Source of the DNA: an uncultured Gammaproteobacteria bacterium
GTDB lineage: Bacteria > Patescibacteriota > Microgenomatia > UBA12405 > JAHJSD01
Assembly: GCA_964505765.1 (NCBI GenBank)
Contig: CAZDJQ010000003.1
Span: 1 to 46,565 of the forward strand
DNA length: 46,565 nucleotides
Direction of reading: 5' to 3'
Shown: one piece after another, positions 1 to 7,972 of the stretch
How positions within the stretch are numbered: position 1 is the first letter of the stretch
Layout of the letters: every line of letters starts with the position of its first letter
Notes under the pieces: model-generated
Seen by the model: only the letters and a program-made list of their open reading frames with translations
Told to the model about the DNA's origin: nothing
Database searches by the model: none
Made by a program: the position numbers and the translations under genes

Positions 1-34
1 GAGAGTTTCCTATGCATGGAACTGAAATTTCACG

Positions 35-835
35 TCACTTTGGGACAAACTCAAAAAATATTCTGATTTTTTCTTTCTGGGATATTATATTTGGTTCAAT
101 TCTAAACCAGATAACTCCTACGATATGCCGGAAATTTTCTAAACAAAAAATTCCATTTTCATATCTATAGGGAATGAGCTTTTTTGGAGGATTCCTATAA
201 CACTTAGAAACAACATCTCCAAAAATCGCATTTCTAAGAGCCCATAATGCATCCTTATCGGAATGTGCAAATATCTGTCCTAATACAATAAAATTCAATC
301 CATTCTCAGGTAGTTGTTGCCTTGCTTTTCGAAAAATATCTCTGAGTTTGTTGCTTTCTGGATCTCCCTTGTTAGTTTGATTTATATATTTCCTATCTAC
401 CGTTTCCTGTGTGTCAGAGTAAAGAGGTCCATCCTTTTTTCCATGAAAAGGAAATTGATCATTTCTTGTTTTTATCTCAAAATTTATTGGGGCATCCTTA
501 TACTTTACTTGGAAATCGAAATCTTTATTACTTTGTGAAGATTTTGTAACATTCAAGTGCAGATTATCAAATCCTTTTGTGAGAGTAGATCCAAAATGAA
601 TCTCATATATAGTTTCGAGTAAGTTATTTCCCTTGATAAATCTATCTTTATATACTTCTTTCAACCTAGAAAGGGTAATTCCATTATCTAAAAGAATTTT
701 TAAATCTCTGTTTAAGAGATAAAAATATTGCTCCTGGGCGGCGAGCCATTTAGCTAGCTCTGGAGATTCGTATGAGTCTATTAGTTGTTGAAAATAATCA
801 ATTTTTTTGAATATTCTTAGAGCTTCTTTATTCAT
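35..835 (-). CDS. hypothetical protein, possible PD-(D/E)xK nuclease fold
   Basis: 266-aa ORF with no family recognised. The stretch DFDFQVKYKDAPINFEIKTR fits a D...E-x-K nuclease core, but this is weak. Confidence 0.45.
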   Translation of the reverse strand: MNKEALRIFKKIDYFQQLIDSYESPELAKWLAAQEQYFYLLNRDLKILLDNGITLSRLKEVYKDRFIKGNNLLETIYEIHFGSTLTKGFDNLHLNVTKSSQSNKDFDFQVKYKDAPINFEIKTRNDQFPFHGKKDGPLYSDTQETVDRKYINQTNKGDPESNKLRDIFRKARQQLPENGLNFIVLGQIFAHSDKDALWALRNAIFGDVVSKCYRNPPKKLIPYRYENGIFCLENFRHIVGVIWFRIEPNIISQKEKIRIFFEFVPK

Positions 836-852
836 AATATTAATTATCCAGG

Positions 853-1071
853 TTAATCATTTTTATTAATAAATTTTCCTTCTTTTGCTTTTTTATCCAC
901 CTTTTTATGAATCTTATCTATTCGCTTTTCTTCTTCATCTGACAAATCAAAAAAGCCTTGATCTGTGTAGTAATATTTGCCATTAATTTCTACTTGAAAA
1001 CAACCTTCAAAAGGCTTTTCAAAGTATTTTTTGCCGTTTATTACTACTGTTTTGTCTCTATTTTTCTTCAT
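853..1071 (-). CDS. small hypothetical protein
   Basis: 72-aa ORF, co-directional and closely spaced with its neighbours. No motif recognised. Confidence 0.35.
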   Translation of the reverse strand: MKKNRDKTVVINGKKYFEKPFEGCFQVEINGKYYYTDQGFFDLSDEEEKRIDKIHKKVDKKAKEGKFINKND

Positions 1072-1114
1072 TATTTATTACTTCTTTAAGATTATTTTGA
1101 ATTATATTTCCATA

Positions 1115-1564
1115 TCAAGGATTTATATATTCCTTCATGAATTTTAGATACCCATCCATTTGTTTTTGGTAGATTGGATGTCTTAGTCCCGGTAAATGAG
1201 GAAAGGGGAAAATGACTCTGGCCAGGACATTTTCTAATGGTTTTATGTAGCCAAACTTCTGACCGTATTGTGCCGGACCTTCAAAGCCCCAGGAATATCT
1301 GATCAATATTTCATCCTGCGTTTTTGTCAAACAGTTTAGAACGGGCTCGCCAAGCGTTAGGACAGGAATGTTTTTAAACTCCTCGATTTCTTCTTTGAGT
1401 AAAGGAATCCAATATTCAGCGGCTTTTTTAGAGAACTGCGGATCTTCCTTGTTCCATTTATCTGGGGGAATCGTGAAGAAATTCTTCAAGAGATTTGTGG
1501 CATAGATGTTTTTATCTCTGTTGATGACCCTTCTAACTTTTGTTGCTGACTTCTTTTCATTCAT
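1115..1564 (-). CDS. hypothetical protein (weak uracil-DNA-glycosylase-like motifs)
   Basis: 149-aa ORF. LTLGEPV and FPFPHLPG loosely resemble UDG-superfamily motifs A and B. The protein is shorter than typical UDGs, so the call is tentative. Confidence 0.4.
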   Translation of the reverse strand: MNEKKSATKVRRVINRDKNIYATNLLKNFFTIPPDKWNKEDPQFSKKAAEYWIPLLKEEIEEFKNIPVLTLGEPVLNCLTKTQDEILIRYSWGFEGPAQYGQKFGYIKPLENVLARVIFPFPHLPGLRHPIYQKQMDGYLKFMKEYINP

Positions 1565-1596
1565 CTGTATATAAATATATTTACATTCTTTTTTTA

Positions 1597-2610
1597 TTAC
1601 TCCCCTATCAAACCTGCTGCCATCTCATCAATACAATCCTTCAATTTAGCATATGTCACAGAACGGGCACCTATTTTCTTGAGCTTGGATAGTGAGATCT
1701 GCTTTGTGTGGCAGCAGTGCTTATTAAGGAGCCCTGTGGTTATGACATAAAACCGCCATTGGCTCACATTCAGAGGGTCCAGTGTTTCCTGGATTTTGTG
1801 TTTGAGAATGCAGAAAACATAGATATCTGCCTGGCGTTTAGGGTGTTTTTCCTGGATATTGCTATTTTCATTCCAGGCGCGGGTTTCAGGGATAGAAAAT
1901 GATATTTTAGAGAGTTTCCGCTGGTACCAGGATTGTATGTAAGCTGAGGACTTAACCTCTATTTTATGTCCGGATGGTAGTAATAGGTCATAGGCATCCC
2001 ATTCAGAACGGATGCCATCTGTAAGACCAAGGGCTGAACCTACTAGGAATTCTGCCAGAATGCCACGGGTGGCATTGCTTACTAAATCAGAGGCAGTCCA
2101 CTGCCAAAAGTCGATGAGACGAGGTGCTAATGGATTTTGGTTGTCATGGATTGGTTCCTGTCCGCTTTTGCGGCTTTTTTTAATGGGTGGAAGGCCGGAT
2201 TCTTTAAGCCATGATGAGAGCTGTAAAGGAGTTTCGCATATGGCATAAGGACGTATATATCGATCAGAGAGTTTCTTTCCTGTGCTTTTGAGTGTCAAAG
2301 AGGATAATGGCTTGGCATTGGGAAACTCGGTTAATTCCGAGAAGGTGTAGAGCGTGAACTGGCTGGGTTCTATTTGTATGTCATTGATTTGGGCAAAATA
2401 GATAAGTCCGGAATGCTCGTCTGCAGCACTAAAGAAGATAAGCATTTTTTGGTCTTTGTTTTCTGCGTCTTTAAACAGATTGTATGCGGTTTTCCAGGTT
2501 TTGTTCTCCCGGAATGATGCTTTCCCGTCACCGGCCATAACAAATTCAAGGTCTTGACGATTTCTCATGGTGTAAACGCAGAAGTTATAGAGTTTTTTTG
2601 GTTTGGTCAT
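1597..2610 (-). CDS. putative PD-(D/E)xK nuclease-domain protein with an unknown N-terminal domain
   Basis: 337-aa ORF. The C-terminal half has DAYDLLLPSGHKIEVKSS (a D...E-x-K core). The N-terminal 130 aa or so is a separate globular region of unknown family. Confidence 0.5.
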   Translation of the reverse strand: MTKPKKLYNFCVYTMRNRQDLEFVMAGDGKASFRENKTWKTAYNLFKDAENKDQKMLIFFSAADEHSGLIYFAQINDIQIEPSQFTLYTFSELTEFPNAKPLSSLTLKSTGKKLSDRYIRPYAICETPLQLSSWLKESGLPPIKKSRKSGQEPIHDNQNPLAPRLIDFWQWTASDLVSNATRGILAEFLVGSALGLTDGIRSEWDAYDLLLPSGHKIEVKSSAYIQSWYQRKLSKISFSIPETRAWNENSNIQEKHPKRQADIYVFCILKHKIQETLDPLNVSQWRFYVITTGLLNKHCCHTKQISLSKLKKIGARSVTYAKLKDCIDEMAAGLIGE

Positions 2611-2813
2611 GGGTTTTTACATATATAATTATATTTAGATATCTTCTTTTTTCAAAGGATAGTATCTCTGTTTGTTTTTTACTTTCTTAGTCGCTATATA
2701 ACTAGTCATATACACAGATTAGTAAAACTAATCAATTAGAACAACATACGCATTTGAAAAAATAAACATATTTTGTAATAATTTATAAGTTGGCAAACTT
2801 AAAGGAATAAATA

Positions 2814-3650
2814 ATGAAGAATAAAAAGAACTATTTTCAAAAAAAGAAAAGTCGCAACTTGATTTTTTCTTTTTTGGTCCTACTTTCTTTAATCTTAATA
2901 AGCTCCAATCACGCCCAAGAAATAGGAGCAAGAGTCGTGGTGATTAAGGCCGACGTCATGATCAAACCAGGGGGCTGGAAAGTTATTGCTACGGTCCCTA
3001 TTGGATTTATTTTTAAGCCATTAAAAAAAGTTGGAGATTGGTATTGCGTGGAACTGCCTCCTAATGAAAAGGGAGAGGTGCTTTCCGGATACATCCATCA
3101 TATTTATTTAGCCAAAGCAAACCATTTAGAAAGAATAGAAAGAAAACCAGTGGAATGGAAGTCGATTCCAGAACAATATGTGTTTATTGATCTTCATGTA
3201 CGCACACACGGAATTGCTATTGAAGGCGAATATCAAGGCCGTCAAATAGACTTTCCCACTTATAAATTCAACAAAACCGAAAAAGTCCTGAGCGGTAACA
3301 TAGACTTTGAAATAAATGAAAAATTAAAAATTGTGTTAGGACGAGGGGGAAGATTGACCGGAGTGGCAGGAGGCGGGATAGCAACCAGTCTTTATGGGAT
3401 TTACGAGCTGCCGTTTGAGGACAATAATTTGGCAATACTCAATGTATATAAAGACGGTAGTGTCAAGCTGGCATATGACAGCAAATCTATCATACTCGAA
3501 AGTGGAGAAAGTTGGCAGCAAGAAGTCTCATACATAGACAAACAAGAATATTCAATGGCAGAGGTTTCGGCAAAAATCATTAAAACACACACAATAAGAA
3601 ATTATGGTTTTTTGGAAAAATCTAAAATAATAGAAAAAGATGTTTGGTAA
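2814..3650 (+). CDS. secreted or membrane-anchored protein with a bacterial SH3-like domain
   Basis: N-terminal hydrophobic signal/anchor (LIFSFLVLLSLILISSNHAQE), followed by an SH3b-like segment (ARVVVIKADVMIKPGGWKVIATVPIG...GDWYCVEL...SGYIHHIYL). Confidence 0.55.
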   Translation: MKNKKNYFQKKKSRNLIFSFLVLLSLILISSNHAQEIGARVVVIKADVMIKPGGWKVIATVPIGFIFKPLKKVGDWYCVELPPNEKGEVLSGYIHHIYLAKANHLERIERKPVEWKSIPEQYVFIDLHVRTHGIAIEGEYQGRQIDFPTYKFNKTEKVLSGNIDFEINEKLKIVLGRGGRLTGVAGGGIATSLYGIYELPFEDNNLAILNVYKDGSVKLAYDSKSIILESGESWQQEVSYIDKQEYSMAEVSAKIIKTHTIRNYGFLEKSKIIEKDVW

Positions 3651-3825
3651 GTGATTGCTTCTAAAATTGAAATCTAAGGCTAAAAGGCTTTTTTTCTAAA
3701 ACTCATCGACCTAATGGAAAACATGACAATAATTATATCAAAGGAGATATAAATGGAGGTATAAGGATGAAATTTCGGAAAGGGTCGTTTGAAGAGAAAA
3801 CAGCAATTGTGCTGGAGGGGATGAA

Positions 3826-4299
3826 GTGACGGATACATTTTGTGATTTGAATTTTATTCAGGCAAAATGCGCGGCAAAGAGAACCCTTGAACTAGTCAAA
3901 GATTATAATTTTACTCTGGAGTATTTACCAGAAGCTCAGGAAAAACGAAAAGAAGAAAGAAAAAGACAAGAACGGATGGAAAAATATACAGATGATTTGA
4001 TAAATTATGCAAAAGGAGAGATAAAAACACTTGATATACCTAAAAGTGTGAAACCCTGGTCAAAAGAAAAAATTGATGCAGAAATAGAAAGAATCAAAAT
4101 TAATCCCAACCGGCTTAACCGTTTGGATGCATTTATTAATTTTGTTGGTTATGAAGCAGATAATCTTCAGAATTATGCATGTGAATTTCCCTATTTTAGT
4201 TTTCAGCAAGCAGGGAACTATGTTAACAGCGGACCTGTGGGAAAAGCAGCAGAGAAAATATCTTCAAAAAATAAGATTCAATCCATTTTTAGTGGATAA
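3826..4299 (+). CDS. hypothetical protein
   Basis: 157-aa ORF with a GTG start and a charged coiled-coil-like region. No family recognised. Confidence 0.35.
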   Translation: MTDTFCDLNFIQAKCAAKRTLELVKDYNFTLEYLPEAQEKRKEERKRQERMEKYTDDLINYAKGEIKTLDIPKSVKPWSKEKIDAEIERIKINPNRLNRLDAFINFVGYEADNLQNYACEFPYFSFQQAGNYVNSGPVGKAAEKISSKNKIQSIFSG

Positions 4300-4432
4300 C
4301 AAAGAATCCTGGTGGAAATTCTGGAAAAAATGATGTATAGGATAAGAAGAAAGTGTCATTTCCGGAAAAAAGTAAAAAGCCTTGTGCTCTCGATAAGTAA
4401 ATTTATTTTAAGATAAGAAGTGAAGAATAAAA

Positions 4433-4768
4433 ATGAAAAAGAGCATCGTCCTAAATAATGTCCATGATGTAACCAATCTTCACGTAAAGGTTGCACAGGG
4501 ACCCGTGCAGCCGGATACATCATTTGCCGGCGGGACATATGGTGAATTTTGGATCACGGTAACATATAAAGTAAAAAAAGGCAGCTTTCATGGAAGTTAT
4601 GAAACAGGTCCAAAGGATACTATTGTCAAGAATATGCGGGACAGACTTGAAAACGAGATGGATGAATTAAAAGAACAATACTGCCAAGATATCAAAACAA
4701 AGGGTTCCATAAAAATTAATTTGGATGAATTAGCCAGTTATTTTGGACGCAATTATAACCCTATTTAG
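4433..4768 (+). CDS. hypothetical protein
   Basis: 111-aa ORF with an ATG start. No family recognised. Confidence 0.4.
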   Translation: MKKSIVLNNVHDVTNLHVKVAQGPVQPDTSFAGGTYGEFWITVTYKVKKGSFHGSYETGPKDTIVKNMRDRLENEMDELKEQYCQDIKTKGSIKINLDELASYFGRNYNPI

Positions 4769-4942
4769 GCTCATCGACAGTTATAAACATCAGTTGTTTT
4801 GTTAAAAAAAAAGATTTTCAAGACACCTCATTCACGTGCCTAACTATCAGATTATTCTTGACATGGTGTATCCCTTTGATATTATCTAAGTGAAAAAATA
4901 ATGGGGTGTCGAATGTGAAGGGCACAATCCGGTAAGGACAAC

Positions 4943-6025
4943 ATGAGGGATCATGAAACCTCTCCCACCCAGCCGCAGGATGTTAACGAACTGCTCAACA
5001 GGATACAAAAGGCATTCGATAAATGGGATGATGCGGCCATAAAAGGACAGAAAAAGGCCAGACAACTCATTGCCATCTCTGTATTACTCATTCCTCTTGC
5101 CGTATTCCTGTTGACAATTCAAATCCTCGCTTTTTCTAAAGCTGGATTCATTTCAGTTGCCCTTATATCCATGGAGTTGATCGTACTGTTTACAGCTTTG
5201 CTGTTCTTTCTTTTCAATCCCATGAACAAAAGAAGGAAATGGACTGAAGATCGTATGCGTGCGGAAATACTTAGAAGAGAGAAATTGCTCCTTTTAGGGA
5301 AACTCGGACCTTACCTTGATAAAGACAGTTTTGATGAACTTGATGCTGCCGTTGATATGCGCTTGGCTATGATAGACAACCCGGCCAACAAGCCAGAAAG
5401 GTTTCTTCCCTTAAGAAATATCAGGCCTTGGCGGGATGAACTTGAAGATGCCCGCGGCGGGAAGATGGCGACTCCTGAAAAAGGCTTTGCAGAGATGTAT
5501 CTGAACAATCGCATCGCTGATCAGCAGAAATGGTTCAAATCCAAGAGCAAAAAGCTCATCGCTGTGCATTTTCAATACGAAAACATCATCCGATTTACAA
5601 TTGCCATTGCTCTTGTTCTGGCGGCCATGCATCTCATGACTCTCTTATTCAACATCCTGACTGAAGGATCGGCCCGCAACATGAAGCTGATAATAGAGAT
5701 CCTGGCCATTACAGTGCCTCCGATCGGTTCCGCAACCGCAGCCCTTCAAGGCCTTTTCCAATATCTTCGAGTGGGACGTTCCTATAAAATGTATGCCAGA
5801 GAATTAGGAAAAATCCATGAGGATTTTGCCGGTCTCATTTGTTCTCATAAAGAAAAACTCGAGGCTTTCGGTCAGCTTGCCGAATCTGAAGAAAAGAAAA
5901 AACACATTAAACAAGAAATTTCTGATTATGAGTTTCAAATAAAAAGGATCGTCCTTCGGTGTGAAGAAATCCTATCCAACGAATTGAACATCTGGTACTC
6001 CGTCATCCGTCCGGGCCAACCCTAA
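4943..6025 (+). CDS. membrane protein with two SLATT/DUF4231-like 2-TM modules
   Basis: Two modules share one layout: a helical lead-in, two adjacent TM helices, then a charged helix. Module 1 is KWDDAAIKGQKKARQL + 2 TM + KWTEDRMRAEILRREKLLL. Module 2 is YLNNRIADQQKWFKSKSKKL + 2 TM + YKMYARELGKIHEDF. Confidence 0.45.
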   Translation: MRDHETSPTQPQDVNELLNRIQKAFDKWDDAAIKGQKKARQLIAISVLLIPLAVFLLTIQILAFSKAGFISVALISMELIVLFTALLFFLFNPMNKRRKWTEDRMRAEILRREKLLLLGKLGPYLDKDSFDELDAAVDMRLAMIDNPANKPERFLPLRNIRPWRDELEDARGGKMATPEKGFAEMYLNNRIADQQKWFKSKSKKLIAVHFQYENIIRFTIAIALVLAAMHLMTLLFNILTEGSARNMKLIIEILAITVPPIGSATAALQGLFQYLRVGRSYKMYARELGKIHEDFAGLICSHKEKLEAFGQLAESEEKKKHIKQEISDYEFQIKRIVLRCEEILSNELNIWYSVIRPGQP

Positions 6026-6247
6026 TGGTTTCTTGACTGCTGATCAGGTTCATGTTCCAATCCGCATAATTGATTTCATAGACTCCAAGTCTTTGCTCTT
6101 TCCTTGTGCATCTTCTTTAGTCTCCCCAGCTGCCACCTTGAGTTCCTGTTGGATATAATAGGGTGGAGGTAAAAGGCAAAGAGAAGAGGATTATTGAATA
6201 TATAAGATATGAAGTGTTAACCGAGTCCGTAAAAGATTTTGATTTTC

Positions 6248-6841
6248 CTATTTCTTCCGTTGAGTAACGATGTTATCAATTAATCCGTACTTGACTGCAT
6301 CTTCTGCTGTCAAATAAAAATCCCTATCAGTATCTCTCTCAATGACCTCAATTGACTGTACCGTGTGTTGAACCAAGATATTATTGAGCATCTTTTTCAT
6401 CCTGCTCATTTCTTTTACTTTAATTTCCATGTCAGATGCCTGCCCTTCTGCGCCTCCAAGAGGCTGGTGGATCATCATCCTCGCGTTGGGAAATGCCATT
6501 CTTTTCTCTTTTGTACCCCCAGCAAGAAGAACCGCACCCATCGAAGCAGCTTGACCTAAACAGATTGTTACAACATCACAGGAAACATATTGCATGGTAT
6601 CATAAATAGCCAGTCCTGCAGTAACCTGCCCTCCTGGACTGTTTATGTAAAAAAAGATATCTTTATCTGGATTTTCAGATTCTAAGAAAAAAAGCTGGGA
6701 AACAACAATGTCTGATACATCATCATTTATTACTCCTGTCAGCACGATAATGCGAGAGGACAGCAAACGGGAATAGAGGTCAACTTGCCTTGCTCCCTGA
6801 GGTGTTTGCTCAACAACGTAAGGAACCTTAATAAATGCCAT
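6248..6841 (-). CDS. clpP: ATP-dependent Clp protease proteolytic subunit ClpP (paralog 1)
   Basis: Full-length ClpP with an intact triad context: GQAASMG (Ser), MIHQPLGG (His) and [21 protein letters not shown] (Asp). I chose the start at MAFIKVP, which matches paralog 2 and has GGAAGGGGG 8 nt upstream. The ORF track extends to 6865. Confidence 0.93.
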   Translation of the reverse strand: MAFIKVPYVVEQTPQGARQVDLYSRLLSSRIIVLTGVINDDVSDIVVSQLFFLESENPDKDIFFYINSPGGQVTAGLAIYDTMQYVSCDVVTICLGQAASMGAVLLAGGTKEKRMAFPNARMMIHQPLGGAEGQASDMEIKVKEMSRMKKMLNNILVQHTVQSIEVIERDTDRDFYLTAEDAVKYGLIDNIVTQRKK

Positions 6842-6888
6842 ATCCATTGCCCCCTTCCTGTGCATGTATCTTTATCATAATAGACTAA

Positions 6889-7320
6889 TTACATCTCACC
6901 AAGTTTCTTGCCTCCAAATTTTTCTTGAATTATGTCATCGTATTTGTCTGCGGTGGAAGCCACTGCTTTTACAGCCACTTCAAGCTCTTTCCTGTTGAGA
7001 AAATCACCTAACAGCGTATGTTCGAAGAAAACCGCTCGAACTTCAGGTTGAAGGGAAAACTTGCCAAATATTATTTTCATGTTCTCAACAGACAGGTATT
7101 TCGTCAACTCAGCACTGGGTTCAGTATCTTTGTTTACTGGGGCAAGAACCCTAACCAAGGTTCGACCTTTAGTCCAATCCATTGGTGTGATAAATAACTG
7201 GGTACTTCCGGCATTAAGAACATAGTTATCTCTTTGATCCTTTAGATATTGACCAAAAGATTCATTGAGATATCTTTCAATTGTTGACCTTAAGGTTTTT
7301 AGAGCTTCGGACTCAGCCAT
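6889..7320 (-). CDS. YbjN-like (T3SS-chaperone-like) domain protein, paralog 1
   Basis: 143 aa. The C-terminal signature FGKFSL...FEHTLLGDFLNRKELEVAVKAVASTADKYDDIIQEKFGG is typical of the YbjN family. It lies 23 nt upstream of clpP. Confidence 0.65.
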   Translation of the reverse strand: MAESEALKTLRSTIERYLNESFGQYLKDQRDNYVLNAGSTQLFITPMDWTKGRTLVRVLAPVNKDTEPSAELTKYLSVENMKIIFGKFSLQPEVRAVFFEHTLLGDFLNRKELEVAVKAVASTADKYDDIIQEKFGGKKLGEM

Positions 7321-7847
7321 TTTTTCACCTCCCTTACAATACTTTACTTTGCTGCTGTGAAATCAGCTTGATGTTTATTACTGATCTATCTTGATAATTA
7401 TCATATCAAATTCAAATCAAGCTTGACAAGGGATTTCTTCACACTCTAAGTAACTGGCGCAATCGAAATCATCATCACTGATTTCACAGTTGCTCATGGC
7501 TGGCGTCGAATTTCAAGCCCGACCTTTACCAGGAAGGAGGGTCAGGATTTCTCATTTTTCTCCGTCGTGATTCGCATTCTCGCGTAAGATGATCACAGAT
7601 AATCCGTATCTTAGAAATTTCATGTGCCGTCCGAATTTTGCTGAACCGTTGCAAATTTATGCACACCGGGAGTTAGTGTGCGTGGGGCGGCTCAAATCGA
7701 AGGCCGACACCTCGCTCACCGATCTGTTGTAGTGGATACAGTTGATCGTCTCCGCCAGAATTTCTGAGAGGCAGATAACTTTTAAACAGGGAAGCGCCGT
7801 GAATACGTCGTGTCGCCTGGGAGAGTCGGGAATTGTCAACTATGTCG

Positions 7848-7949
7848 TCACCAACGACAATGAATTTTCATTTTTTTCATTGCGATATTGCTCTTTCTCT
7901 TCTTTTTTTGGATAACGGCTTTTCCCGCTACTCCTAAAGGTTTTTCCAT
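7848..7949 (-). pseudogene. 5' remnant of a NUDIX hydrolase gene
   Basis: The minus strand reads MEKPLGVAGKAVIQKK..., against MKKPLGVAGKAIIRKN at the start of the intact NUDIX gene (36683..37099). The DNA around 7905-7950 aligns with 37055-37100, and it sits in the same position directly downstream of a WD40-ZnF gene. It stops after 33 codons. Confidence 0.5.
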
Positions 7950-7972
7950 TTTAAATCCTTTCGGAATTTATT

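Noticed and set aside
6842-6865. Eight extra N-terminal codons (MHRKGAMD) on ClpP1 in the ORF track
   Set aside because: Paralog 2 and canonical ClpPs start at MAFIKVP, and a strong GGAAGGGGG lies just upstream of that ATG. The longer form is probably not translated.
7657-7839. 60-aa ORF in the GC-richer fragment
   Set aside because: It has no recognisable family and is surrounded by stop-rich sequence. I treat it as part of a non-coding or degraded insert rather than a gene.
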